Positions 32,985-45,196 are shown, counted from the stretch's first letter. The stretch is DNA of 64,000 nt from Blastocladiella emersonii ATCC 22665 (GCA_025594325.1 JANHCV010000007.1:1674001-1738000), one strand, 5' to 3'. Translations and numbers: made by a program. The notes: generated by a model not told the origin, from the sequence alone.

Positions 32985-34272
32985 GCGCCGCCCTGCTCCC
33001 TCTCCCGCGCCCGAGTTCTCGTCCCCCACCGCCTCCCGCACGACGCGACCGGGTGAGACGGAGAGCCCGCGTCGCAGGCTTCCTCCTGGTACCAATGAAG
33101 CCCGGCCGCTCGGCGGTTCGGGTCGGCCGTCGTTGAGAGGAGCCTCCGGGCCCGGTTGCTCCCGCGGGACGGGTCCGAACTGGGTGCAACTAGTTTGAGG
33201 TGATAGGGCGCCTCGAGAACTGCAGGAAACCGGTTCTTTCCTCGAGAGGTCGTGGGGGTGCTGACGAGCGAGCGGGGTTGAAAGAGAGTTGGGCGCGCCG
33301 GTCGAGCGGCCCACCTTCGGGGCCCTCGCTCGCGACGCTCGCCCTAACAACTTCCCCCCAAAACTGCTCGCATCGTAAGGTACGATGCTCGGGCTATCCA
33401 TTCATATCGGTGGTCCCGCCCGGTGAGACCTCGCGAGTGAGCGCGCCGAGTCCAAACTGCCGCTGGCCCGGGCCGGGCGGCACGGACGTGGAATCGTTTT
33501 ATTCCACCCCGATGATGTAGAGGAGCAACCAAAGAACTACTAGACACAATTTCAGCTTCATGCGATGCCAGGGGAGTAAGGAATTCCACGATGGCCGTCG
33601 CCAGAATCGGGGTGCTTCACGAACATCGCGGTGATGGCGCGCCACGCGCGCTGGCCGCCGACTTTGCGAGCAGATTGTCAACCCCACAGAGCTTGACTGG
33701 CTGCAGAAACCTGGGAGAGGGTATGGCAGCTCATTACGAGCAGCATCGGTCGAAAATGCGAGGGTCTCACGTGCGTGATTGCGCACACGGACCGCGCGAG
33801 CGTCGGCGATGGCGTTCTCACCCGTGGCGGGTCGCCGTCGTGTGTGCTGGGCATGAATGGATAGCCCGCGTCGAGATCAGTAGGAAACCATCGTTTTTCG
33901 TGTGAGCGGCTCGCCGGGGGTGGACGCGCATAGAACCCCGGGGAGCGCCGCGGGGAGGAGGGGCCTGGCCGCCTTCGCGGGCCCCGCGAGTGACCCCTTC
34001 GCTGCGTCTCTCCATGCAACGGGCAGCGCGGCGTAGCGCGAGCGCCGGGCTACACGCCTGGCCCTTTGGGAGCGTCATCCGAGAATGTTCAAGCGACAGA
34101 GAGCCCCGCGCGCACGGTACGCGCTCTCGCGAGCCGGGACGGGGCGCGCGGCCCTGACCCACCACTACTGCCATGAAGCCCTTGTCAATGGCTCTCCGTC
34201 TCACCCGGTCGCGTCTCGCGGGAAGCCGTTGGGATGGAGAACCGAGGGGTAGTGTCCGAGCGGTGGTCACAG

Positions 34273-34446
34273 CGGACCGCGCTGGGACCCCCGCATTTCC
34301 ACTCCCCTCGCTCCCGCCTCACCCCCGCGAGTTTTCGCCTCAAACGCATTTTTGTGGTCAATGCGATGCAAATCCATGGGGGGTCCCCGTGTAATTTATG
34401 AGGTGTTAATAAAGTGGGAGTCCAGAACTAAGGGGATGAGTGTCGG
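34273..34446. repeat. Right arm of the 174-bp inverted repeat
   Basis: Reverse complement of 32811-32984. Confidence 0.95.
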
Positions 34447-35577
34447 CGGGGCTGGGTTTGCGACGGCGACAAGGGAAAAGTTTATCCGAGGGCGAGCTGG
34501 TTCCAGACTCTACCCACGGTCGGCCGGCCGAGGTCATTTCTCCGAATGCCCGAGGCCACCCACGCCGACCATGTGGCCGTAGAGTCTGGCACCGAGACTA
34601 GGCTCCCCCTGGACCCGCGACGTATCTCAACGGCAGCGGCGGCAGCGCGTCTGCGGCGACCTCGTTCTTCTTGAATCGCAGTTTCTCGCACTGTGACCCA
34701 CGGCGCGCTTGATGGCCGTGGTCCACCTCGGCAGGCTTTCGTGCTGGCGCGCGTCGCGGCCCAGGAACAGGGCCGCCACTTTGGCCGCGCACGCAGGCCG
34801 GCCATCGAAAGAACCCGATCGCGGGCGCTTGCTGAGGGTTGCGCCGAGACATCTTCCAGAACACGCGCGCGCGTGCGAGAGGGCGCCGTGCCGCGCGGAC
34901 ATCAAACGCGGCGGTGGGCGCGCGCCGCTGGCCCACGTTGGGCGCGGATTTCACCCGATGGCCGATGTGGCGAGCGAGCGAGCGAGCGAAGTCGGCCAAC
35001 GACGTCGCTGACATCCCTGCCCATGATCCCTGAGCCCCGACGTCGTCGTCGTCGCTGGCGTTCGCTGGCCAGCTGACGTCGAGCCCACTCACGGCCGCCG
35101 AGCGGGCCGGCGCGCGGCCGAGCGGTCCCTCGCGCCGTCAAAATCGGCGGGGCTGAACATGAAACGGGGCAGGCTTCAGCCGGAGATCACCTCTCTCTCG
35201 GTCCCTGGGCGTCGCCGTCGCCATCTCCCTCTCTCTTGCTTCACCACCCAGCGACTTGGATACCGGCCGCAGCAGCAACCGCAGCAGCAGCAACAGCGCA
35301 TCTCACTCCGTGCACTTGGTCGAGTGGACCCGAATAGACGCATAGACGCAGGAGCGAACGAACGCCTCCCCATCAACCCGACCTGCGAGCCGCGCCGCCG
35401 TTTGCTTGTTCCTCTCGCACCACGAGTCTCCCACCGCGACCGCCGACCGCGCCCTGCCTGTTCTCGAACGACGACGGCAGCTGACGAGGCCGATCTCTCA
35501 ACGCCACCCGCGAACGACTTTGCACTCTCTCTCGCAGCGCGTGCGCTTCGCCCAACAACAACTCTTAGAAACCCATC

Positions 35578-36508
35578 ATGATCGGCACGACCAAGCCGCT
35601 GACTCTTGGTATAGCGACCTCGCCGGCGTCGTCCACCCTCGGCCCACCGTCCGCTAACGCCTCTATGCGTGCGTGTAGTGGCCCTGGCGGCCCTCGTCGT
35701 CCTTCTCCTCGCCACGACCACCTCCACCTCCGCGCAAGCCGTGCGCCGGGCGCGTCAGTGCGGCCCAGGCGACAACGTGTGCGTGTTCCTGATCGACCGC
35801 AACGCGACGCACATGCAGGTGATCGTCGAGGGGTCCGCGGACCTGAAATGGCTGGGCATGGCGTTCGGCACGTCCATGGCGCAGGGCGACGCGTACCTCG
35901 GGTACGCGAACCCGCGCGGCGGCGCGCCCGTCGTCGCGCGCCGCAAGCTCGTGGGCGCCATGAACCCGGAGACCGAGGCCGTCCAGTGGGCCGCCGTGTC
36001 GCCGCCGTTCGGCGTGTTTGCGCCGACCAAGAAGTTCGTCGTCCAGTTCACCCGCCCGAAGACGGGCGTCGACCTCGCTAAGCCCGTCAACGTCCTGTTC
36101 GCCGGGTCTACGACCCCGCCCCAGGGCGACGGCGCGCGCGCCGTGATCCCGGTCCACTCGGTCCGCGGGAAGCTCGTGCTCGACCCGAACAGCCCCGCGC
36201 AGCAGAAGGCGCTCGACGACGCGCTCAAGGCGACCGGCGAGAAGGCCCGCGCGTTCTCGGCCAACCCGACGCCTACGCCAACGCCCGCGGCCGCTGCGCC
36301 CGGCGACGCGGGGGCCGCTGGCGGCAGCGGGATGGTGATCGGCGAGGGCGCCGGCGCACCGGCTCCCGCGACTACGGCTGCGCCGGCACCGCCGGCTGCG
36401 GGTACCGGCATCACGCAGGCCGGCGGGACCTCGGCCGCTGCGTCGTCGTCGGGCCGGTCTGTCGCGCTCGCGGCGGCTGCCGCCGCGGTTGTTGCCGCCA
36501 TGTGGTAG
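35578..36508 (+). CDS. Secreted DOMON-domain protein with a probable GPI-type tail
   Basis: Signal peptide formed across an intron (about 35609-35678), WLGMAFGTSMAQGDAYLGY DOMON motif, Pro/Ala/Thr stalk and hydrophobic C-terminus. Confidence 0.75.
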
Positions 36509-36953
36509 CAGAGAAGACTGCGATCCACTCCATTCATGTTCCATACACGTCAAGAGACACCCTTTTGTGATGATCATCTGCACCGCTATGCAGGGAGAAA
36601 CCGGGACGCGGGAGCGAGCGTCGGGCCGGGCCGTAGGCAGAGTTCCGATCGGCGGCTGACCCCGTCCTCTCCCTCTCTCCTCCTTCGCCACCATGCCCAT
36701 GTATCACTAGTCTATGCAACCTGCCGCTCCTTGACGTCGACGACCATCGCCATCCGCTCTCTTGCTCATTTGCACTCCAAGCCTCCGCCACGCATCACGC
36801 ATCAGCAGGTTCCCCCCTCGCTGCGCCACATCGCCCTCTCCGTCAAGCACACACACTCCTCCTCGCTCCTCCCTCCCTCCCTCATCAACCATCATTCAGC
36901 ACCAGTCCTACCCGCTCGAGCCCGTGGCCTTCCTCTGCACCTACACCAACGCC

Positions 36954-37965
36954 ATGCCCGTCCAGCACCAGCGCCAGCTCCGCCTCCAGGCAACGGCTGA
37001 CGGTGCAGATGACCTGCCGACGCTCCTGGAGACGGTGGTTTCGCCCAAGGCCGAGGACCACGACCTCGCCGGCGCTGCGAGCGATTACGAGACCGACGAC
37101 GAAGAAGACGAGGCCCTCGTCTCCCCCACCTTTGCCCCAGCGGCCGAGGGCGGCGACCTGTCCGCGAAGCGCGATGCATCGCCGCGGCACCGGAAACGGC
37201 GGCGGTGCGCTGCGCCCGGCGCCGCGCCGGCGTCGTCGCTCGCGGTGCCCGCGTTCGATGCCGCGGGCGTCAAGCCGTACAGCCTGCGCGACAGCGTGGC
37301 GGAGCGTTTGGCGAACGCGCGGTTCCGAGCACCGTCGGCCCGCGGCACGCTGCACGTCGGCGCCGAGTTTGAGGGGTTCCAGCAGTCCAACGATTGTCAG
37401 TACAAGGTCAAGGTGACGGTTCAGGTACGCTTGCTGTCGTCTCGGTGGGCGGACACGGCTGACTTCCCGCGCGCTGGAACAGAACGTGGACCTGCACACG
37501 TCGCACATGTCGGGCTTCCTCGAGATCCACGGCCTGACGGACGCGCAGCCGGAGATCACGACGTACTTTGACGGCGAGCTGATCGGCCCACGGTACTCGT
37601 TCCTGACGCGGGCGTGGGACGCGGACGAGGCCACGGACCGCGCGCACTGGGACAAGTTCCCGGAGTTTGCGGCGTTTGCCGAGCGGTTCAACGCGGACGG
37701 GTTCGCGCTGCCGAACCCGGGCTCGAGCGAGGCGCGCGAGAGCGGCGACGTGGTCTTCATGCGGTGGAAGGAGCGGTTCCTGGTGCCCGACCACCGGCAG
37801 ACGACGGTCGAGGGCGCCTCGTTCAGCGGGTTCTACTATGTCGCCATGAACGTGCGCACGGGGACGCTGACGGGGTACTACTTCCACGTCATGTCGGCGT
37901 GGTTCCAGCGGCTCGACCTCGAGTACACGGGCGTGCTCGGGTTCCCGAGCTTTGAGATGCGGTAG
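36954..37965 (+). CDS. GID4: GID/CTLH complex substrate receptor Gid4/Vid24
   Basis: FEGFQQS..YKVKVT, GFLEIHGLT..PEITTYFDGELIG, VFMRWKERFLVP, GASFSGFYY; one intron. Confidence 0.95.
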
Positions 37966-38078
37966 CCGTCGCGTCGCGTCAGTTTTTGTCCCACCACCAA
38001 CCGTAGTTGCACCTCCATCTGTAATGTAAATGAACTGTATTGCATCCACCCGAGACCCGCAAAACTCGAGAGGAAGGG

Positions 38079-38901
38079 TTACGCAACGTTGTCGAGGTAG
38101 TCCTTGATCTGGTGCGGCAACAGCTTGCGGAAGCGCATGCCGTCCGAGTCAGCGTGCGGGTGGGTCTCGACGCCGGCGCCCACCGCGTGGTCGGTGGTGA
38201 TGATGCCGATCTCGAGGGCCGAGGCGTCGAGCTGGCCCTCGATGCCCTCCTTGAGGGTCTGGATGGCCGTGTGGATAGCGTCGTCGAGCTCGAGCGACTC
38301 GGCGTAGCGCTTCTCGAGGAAGGTCTTGGCGTTGAGCATGTTCTTGCCGATAGCGGTAGCCTTCCAGCCGAAGTAGGTGCCCGAGGGGTCGACCTGGTAC
38401 AGCGAGTGGCCGCGGTGCGCGTCCCACCCGGCGACGAGCAGGGAGACGCCGAACGGGCGCACGCCGCCCGACTGCGTGTACTCCTGCATGACGGCGGCAA
38501 TCTCCTGCACCATGATGGCCACGGGCGGGTCCTCCATGTACACGCGCTTGTACGCCTGCGCGGCCTTGCGCGCCTTGGCGATCAGCAGCCGCGCGTCCGG
38601 ACCCATGCCAGAGTACACGACGCCGATGGTCGCGCAGATCGGCGCCACCTTCTCCAGCGTCGAGTCGTCGACGAGGACCGACGGCGTCTTCTTCTCGGTC
38701 GCGATGACGATGCCGTTGGTGGCTACGCGTAGTGGGTGCGAGCGTCAGCAGCGGGTGACGCGGGCAGACACAAGAAAGCAGCATACACTTGATGCCAATG
38801 GACGTGATGCCCTGCGACACGGCGTTGAGCGCGTACTCGATCTGCACCAGCTTGCCGGATGGCGAGAAGGTGGTCAGCGAGAACGAGTAGCGGTCGCCCA
38901 T
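38079..38901 (-). CDS. PRE8: 20S proteasome subunit alpha-2
   Basis: [42 protein letters not shown]; one intron. Confidence 0.97.
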
Positions 38902-39220
38902 GGTGGTGATGCGGTGGGTGGTTGATGCGTAGCGGATCCGTTGCAGTGGCTGTCGGTGGCCGTTGAGGAGGGAGGGGAACGCGACGCGAAGTCGGGGGGC
39001 GATCTCCCCTCGGCTGACTTGCGTCACGTCCAGACGAGCGGCGCGCGCCCGCCGACAGCCGTGGCAGGCGCCGGCAATGCTCACGGGCACGTGGGCGGGA
39101 TGGGCGGCTGTCGCGTCCCTCTCTCGCGTGCCTCCGCCTCTCTCTCTTGCGATGTCCGCTGCCGACGCACTCCATGAAGCTTTTCTGATCCCAAACTCGG
39201 CGCAACGACAACCTCTCAAC

Positions 39221-41965
39221 ATGCCCATCCGCGCCCTCGACGGTACGCCGCCGCGTCCCACCGCCCCTCCCGCACTCCAACTAACGCCCGCACAGCCTAC
39301 ATCAAGGAAAAGTACCTCCTCAACAAAGAGTTCGTGTCCTCGCTCGCGGGCACGCGGCTCGGGATCGACGCCAACTACTGGCTGCGCAACCTGACGCGCG
39401 CCAAGCACGAGGTGCGGCTCGCGCCGCTGGGCGCCACCCTGCCCGCGACGCTGCGGCGTCTCATCGAGACGGACGTGGCGTGGATGCGGGCCAAGGGGAT
39501 CACACCGCTGGTGGTCTTCACGGGGATCAAGATCCCGCGCGACGCGCCGTTCAAGGGCGAGCACGCGCGCATCGACTCGCGCTCTGCCGCCTGGGACATG
39601 TACGCGGCGGGCCGCCACGGGTCCGCGGGGAGCAACTGGGCCGCGACGGGCGCGCCCTTCTACGACATGTTCCCGTTCGTCATGCACGTGCTTTCGGAGC
39701 TTGGCGTCGAGTTCCTGCGTGCGCCCTACAGCGCGTGGGCGCAGCTCGCGTACCTCGCCAACCACCCGGCCCAGCCCGTCCACGCCGTGTACGCGGGCAC
39801 CGACGTGTTCATGTTCGGCGTCGACCGCGTCGTGACCGAGCTCGACTCGGCTAATACGACTGCGGGCGCCACGTTCACGTGGGTCGACCGCGCCGCGGTC
39901 CTCGCGTCGCTCGGCCTGTCGCGCTCGCAGTTCCTCGACGCGTGCATCCTGGCCGGGTTCGACTGGATCGAGACCTACACGCCGCTCGTCTCGGACCCGA
40001 ACTGGCAGTTCACGTGGCCGACGCTCGCCAGCCTGTTCCAGACGCTCGGCCTCGGCCTCGCCATCATCCAGAACATCCACGACGACGCCTCGCGCTTCAC
40101 GTACCCGGACAAGTTCGCCCGCGTCCGGTGCGCCGTCAAGCACCACCTGGTCCTGACCACGAGCGGCACGATCGCCCCGCTCGAGCCCGCGTCCGCGCCC
40201 GCCGACCTGCACGAGGTGTTCGGCCCGCGCCCGCCCGCCCACGCCGTGCGCGCGCTCGTCCACGGCGGCGTTGGGCCGAGCCTCATCAACTCGGCCGCCT
40301 TCGCCGCGCTGTACGAGATGGCGCCCATGTGCAACGGCGAGACCCCCGAGTTCCACGCCTGGGTCCGCCGCTGGGCCCAGTCGCTCGTCGACGCCGCGAA
40401 CGCCATGGTCGGCGCGTGGGACCCGCGGTGGGCCGCGAATACCCGCAGCGTCGCCCTGCGCCCGTGGTTCCTCGTGCCGCCCCCGCCCAACCCGCACCCG
40501 CCGCAGCACGTCGATGTCGCGCCCGCGTTCAATCTGTCGCCGTGGAGTGTCGGCAAGGCGTGGATCGAGAAGTATGTCGGTGGTGCGAGTGAGGTGTCGC
40601 TCGCCAAGTGCGTCCTCGCGCTCGCCGCATCCGACGAGGCGGCTGCGGAGACGGTCGGGAGCCCCGTCGCCGAGGTCCGTTTGCCCCGTGGTGTTTGGTG
40701 GTTTGTGTACTCACTTTTCGCGGGTTGTAGGCCGACCAGGCGCGCGACCAGCTCCTCGCGCTGACCATCTTCAAGCTACTCGAGCTGCGCGGGTATGCTC
40801 AATTCACTCGGATCCTCGCACGAACCCGTAACTCACTCCTCTCACTAGCTTCGTCGACTCGACCACGCACCGGCTGACGCCATGGGGCCGCGTCCTCGCC
40901 ACTTCCCTCGCCCCCACGGACCCTGCGCCCCTCGCCGAATCCCTCCTCATCCAATGCGAGCTCCTGCGCGACAACCTGCTCCACGGGCACGCGCACAGCA
41001 AGACGTACGCCGGCACCGGCCCGCTCGCCGGCGCCGAATCCTCCCTGGACCCCACGACGCGCGCGCACATCACGCTCCTGACGCGCGCCGCGTGCGCGCT
41101 CGAACCCGTGCCCGCGATCCCCGCCGTCGCGTGGGACGGGCCCGTCGACCGCAACCTCCTGACGCACGCGTCGTTCGTCAAGCACGCGGCGCGCGCGCTG
41201 CACGACGCCGCCGACGCGATGCTCGTGCACTCGCTCTTCCCCTCCGCGGCGGTGAAGATCGGGGTGGCCGAGTTCCCGCAGATCGCCGCGCGGGTCCCGT
41301 TCGCGGGGCTCCCGGGCGCGGCCGGGGATAAGTCGGCTACGATGGGCGTCGTCTTGCGCGAGTTCCTCGTCGGCGGCGACGCCGAGCTCACCCGGCTCGC
41401 CGCGTTTCTCGCGGACCCGAAGGCGGATGTCGACCGTGTCCGCACGCTCGTTGACGGGAAGCTCGTGCCCCTCGCCGCGAACGCGGCGAGCGCTGGGCTC
41501 GTGGACCCGAAGGTCGCGGACGCGATCCGCGACGCCGCCGCGTGGTGGGCCAAGCGCGAGGGTCGTGCGGCGCCCGTGCCCGTCGTCGCGGTCAAGGAGG
41601 CGGCGCGCAGCGGGAACAGCAACGGCGGGCGTACCCGCAACGGTGGGAGCGCGGGTGGCCGGCCGCGGAAGGCGAGCGAGCACTCGAGCGGCGCGAACAC
41701 CAACGGGGGCGGGCATCCCGTCGGAGCCGCGGCGCCGTGGGACGAGGAGCTGACGGCCGCGGAGATCGAGGCGTTTGCCAAGCGCGAGGCCGCCGCCGCG
41801 GCCGCGCCTGTCGTTGTGGAGAAGCCGACTCCGCAGCAGCAGGGGCAGCAGGGCAAGGATGGCGGCCACGGCCACGGCCACGGCCACGGCCACAAGCAGG
41901 GCGGCGGCGGCAGTGGTGGTCGCGGTGGCCGCGGGGGCAAGGGCGGCAAGAAGCACCGCAAGTGA
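39221..41965 (+). CDS. MKT1: Mkt1 XPG-like post-transcriptional regulator; multi-exon
   Basis: MPIRALD..., [37 protein letters not shown] and an MKT1_C-like region; Gly/Lys-rich tail. Confidence 0.85.
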
Positions 41966-42028
41966 GCGAGCGAGATTGAGACAAAAACACTATATACTGT
42001 GCAAACAACACGGTTTCTCCTTCCCCTC

Positions 42029-43552
42029 TTACGCCTCCTTGACCTCGTTCCCGTCCGCGTCGACGCGGATCCCGACGCCGACATTGAGCCAGTCGCGCGG
42101 GCGACGGAGGATATCGAGGGTACGCTCGGCGGGCGACCCGGGGGTCGGCGCGTGGCAGTACTCCCAGCGCGCCGAGAGCGGGAGCGAGACGAGGATCGAC
42201 TCGATGCGCGCGCCGGGCGTGAGCAGGCCGAACTTGGTGCCGCGGTCGAGCACCAGGTTGAACTCGACGTACCGGCCACGGCGCACCTGCTGCCACTCCT
42301 TGTCGGCGTGCGTGTAGGGAGCGGCCATGGACTTGGCGACGAGCGGGGCGTACGCGGGGACAAATGCGCGGCCGGCGTCGCGGACAAACGCGAAGATCGA
42401 TTCGCGGTCCAGGCCGCGCGTGTGCGGCGACGCCGAGTCAAAGTCGTCGAAGAAGATGCCGCCGACGCCGCGCGTCTCGCCGCGGTGCGGCAGGTAAAAG
42501 TACTCGTCGCACCAGTTCTTGAGCGCCGGGTACCCGTCCTCCGACAAATGGCGGTCGCACGCGGCCTTGAGCTCGGCGTGGAAGTGGCGCGCGTCGACCG
42601 GGTCGACGACTGTCGGCGTCAGGTCGGCGCCGCCGCCGAACCACCACGCGACCGCCTCGCCCGTGTGCGGGTGGCGCACTTCAAAGTACCGGTAGTTCAT
42701 GTGCGCGGTGGGCGCGTTCGGGTTGTGCGGGTGGATGACGATCGAGATGCCCGCGGCGAAGAAGGGCACACGCTCGGTGCCGGGGGGCAGGTTAAACTTA
42801 CGCCCCTGCGCGCGCATCTGGGCGGCGCCCGCCTCGGACAGCTTGCCCTCCATGGCCGTCACCATGACGCCGGCCTTCTCGAACACGCGGCCGTCCTGCA
42901 GCACGCACGACTGGCCGCCGCCGTGCCCGTCGGGCCGCGTCCACGCGTCGCGCAGGAAGGGGGTCGCGCTCTTGTTCCCCGCGGCGCGCTCCAGCGCTTC
43001 CAGGGAGGACACGATCTCGCCCTGCAGCTCGCGCGTGAACGCCGCCATCCGCTGGCTCATGGGCGCCGACGCGTCCGTGATCGTCGCGTCCTTCCACCCG
43101 CCGGCGCCGCGGTGGCGGAAGTCGATGGCGTGCGGGCACATGTCGACCGACGGCTCCGCGGGCGAGGGGGACGCGGGCTTGCACTCGGTCGCGGACGTGG
43201 TCGAGGAGGTCCACGCGAGACCGGCGGCAGCGGCGGCGACGGCGAGCGTCGTCGTCGCGAACTTGGTCCCGGGGCTCGCGGTGCGCGCGGCGGCGGCGAA
43301 CCCGCGGGCGGCGGGCGACGCGCTACATCCACAGTGCGTCAGGATCGCGTCCGCGTGGTCGCGCGTAGATCGATGTGCCTTACCGAGCGGCAGTGGCGGC
43401 GGCGAGGCGGCGAAGCGAGGTTCGTGTAGCGTGCATGGTTTACGTTTGCTTGGGCGTAAGGGAGCGAGGGACCGGTTGGCGGGATGCCCGGCTGCTTTAT
43501 TCGGCGCTGACAAGCTTTTTCTTGAGTGGGGGTGCCGACCGCGATGCATCAT
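42029..43552 (-). CDS. HEM13: Oxygen-dependent coproporphyrinogen III oxidase
   Basis: VFEKAGV, GISIVIHPHNPNAPTAHMNYRYFE, WFGGGADLTP, RGVGGIFFDD, RRGRYVEFNLVLDRGTKFGL. The start codon is uncertain. Confidence 0.95.
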   Translation of the reverse strand: MMHRGRHPHSRKSLSAPNKAAGHPANRSLAPLRPSKRKPCTLHEPRFAASPPPLPLGKAHRSTRDHADAILTHCGCSASPAARGFAAAARTASPGTKFATTTLAVAAAAAGLAWTSSTTSATECKPASPSPAEPSVDMCPHAIDFRHRGAGGWKDATITDASAPMSQRMAAFTRELQGEIVSSLEALERAAGNKSATPFLRDAWTRPDGHGGGQSCVLQDGRVFEKAGVMVTAMEGKLSEAGAAQMRAQGRKFNLPPGTERVPFFAAGISIVIHPHNPNAPTAHMNYRYFEVRHPHTGEAVAWWFGGGADLTPTVVDPVDARHFHAELKAACDRHLSEDGYPALKNWCDEYFYLPHRGETRGVGGIFFDDFDSASPHTRGLDRESIFAFVRDAGRAFVPAYAPLVAKSMAAPYTHADKEWQQVRRGRYVEFNLVLDRGTKFGLLTPGARIESILVSLPLSARWEYCHAPTPGSPAERTLDILRRPRDWLNVGVGIRVDADGNEVKEA

Positions 43553-45037
43553 GACGCGGCGGCCACGCGCGCTGACCCACGCTGACGCCCGCTCAGCGAC
43601 GCGTCACGCCGTATCGGGTGACACCCACAGCAAATCCTTCCCGCTCGTGCCGCCGACCGACCTCGCCCAACCCAAGTCTGCCGCCTCACAGCGCCACTAC
43701 GCCAGACCTCGACCGCCGACCACCATGTCGTCACGCACACCCTTACGGCTTGCTATTCTCTGCGCCAGCCTCTAACACTCTCTCACGCGCCTCGCCCCGT
43801 GGCGCGTTAGAATTTTTCACGAGGCGAGACCGAACCCCACAGCGGTTGACCGCGGGATGGCCAACTACCGTCCCGCGACTAGGTGGAGCGTCGGCGAGCT
43901 ACCGCTCCGTGCCGCCGTCCCTTCACACCCCTCCGCACACTCGCGATTGATGCACTTGGTGCGCTGCGTTGCTACTCTATGTCCGCCGATCTCGTCGGGG
44001 ATCCGCTCACGGCTCCCGGCGCGTTCGCAACCGACGAGCGAGTCCTCGCATGCGGTCCTTCCCGATGTGCGTCACCTCGCCGACGCGGTCCTGCGCGCCC
44101 GCCTGTGCGCGCTCTCTCGCCCGCCGCCAGGACGCGATCCGCTGGCCGTACATCATGATCTTCCGCACTTGCTGACAGCATCACCGGCGACGAGTAGACG
44201 TCGTGCGAACGGCGCCGTCCGCCGCGTCAGTCCTCGTCAGCGGTTCTAAGGCACCCCTTTTGCTCGCGGCTCATCGTTCTGCGGCACGCGTGCTGAACGA
44301 GCTGTGCGCTCGCTTGCTCGGGCGACCGACCGCGACGTGAAGGAACCGCGCAACATCAGCGAAGTAGAGCTGAGATTCTCGCGTCCCTCAGTTCGAGAGC
44401 CGACCGCTTGTACACTCGAGAACGGCAATGGATTAGAGTCGGCCAGCGGTGAAGGAAGCCGGCTGCCACCGTCAGTACTCATCGGCGCACTTTCGCGTAT
44501 TCGCGCCTCGCTCCCGTGGAGCGTGCGTGTCGGGCGAGCGAATCCGCGCTCGGCGACCAGTCGCGGCGCGCCTGGCCGTGCTGCGCGAACTTACTGAAGA
44601 GAATTCGATGAGGATGGGCACAGTCCGCGCGCTCGAGCACGCTCTGCCCTGCGAGCGACCCGCCGCGAGAGCCTCGGGAAGCGGCGATCACGAAGCGGCC
44701 TCGCGCGCGACAGGATCGCCCAGCATCGCAGTGACCACGGTACCAGCCATACTCTCGTACGCGCCCCGACGTATGCATCCCTGGCAATCCATGAGTTGTG
44801 TGTCTCGAGCGCCCCGCCCGCGGCCCGGACCGCGGCGCTGCATCGCACACGACGGGATCGCACGGCGGCGGCGCGGCGTGTGCGCCGAGTCCTCGCCATC
44901 GCTTCATGGGCTGCGTCGGTGCGAGAGGCCGATGCGTTGAGGGGGATCGAAGCGCATCGAACGCGGCGCGCCACACGGCTGACAAGCGGGCGCGGCCGCG
45001 GCCGCGGAAGCGATCGGAAACCGGGCGCTGCGTGGGG

Positions 45038-45058
45038 CACGTGACGCGGGTTTTCGCG
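45038..45058 (+). promoter_or_regulatory. CACGTGAC plus GGTTTTCGCG motif pair upstream of mtHSP70
   Basis: CACGTGACGCGGGTTTTCGCG about 140 bp upstream of the ATG; same pair as at 30650-30685. Confidence 0.45.
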
Positions 45059-45196
45059 ACTTGTTGTTGTCGGCTCTCTGAGGGGAGAAGGCCGCCGAAA
45101 GCGCGCGCAGCCATAAACCGGGCCGCTCCCCTGCCCCCACCATCCTCGCTCTCCAGCGTCCACGACGACCCCCGCAACCCAACAACGCACCCCACC

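Larger units (their letters stand above)
32654..34600. mobile_element. Non-autonomous DNA transposon, 1947 bp, 9-bp TSD GGCTCCCCC, TAG...CTA ends (AcademH- or MULE-like)
   Basis: TSD at 32645-32653 and 34601-34609. Terminal IR TAGTCTCG(T/G)TGCCAGAC. Near-perfect 174-bp inner IR (32811-32984 / 34273-34446) plus 33042-33067 / 34190-34215, all in register. No transposase ORF. Confidence 0.9.

Noticed and set aside
33068-34189. Internal region of the 1.95-kb element as a transposase or guide-RNA locus
   Set aside because: Only short ORFs with no DDE, helicase or nuclease motifs, and no structure I could support.
32243-35092. Minus-strand ORFs 34598-35092 and 32243-32596 join in frame if the transposon is removed
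   Set aside because: The joined ~297-aa product has no recognisable motif and weak coding character; in-frame joining is likely by chance in GC-rich DNA.
38149-42441. Long overlapping ORFs (786, 545, 476 aa and similar elsewhere, e.g. 56160-58481)
   Set aside because: Arg/Gly/Ala-rich shadows of real genes in stop-poor, high-GC DNA.
43700-44250. Possible small spliced gene between HEM13 and HSP70 (Kozak-like ATG, CTAAC...TAG)
   Set aside because: No convincing donor site or homology, so no gene model could be supported.
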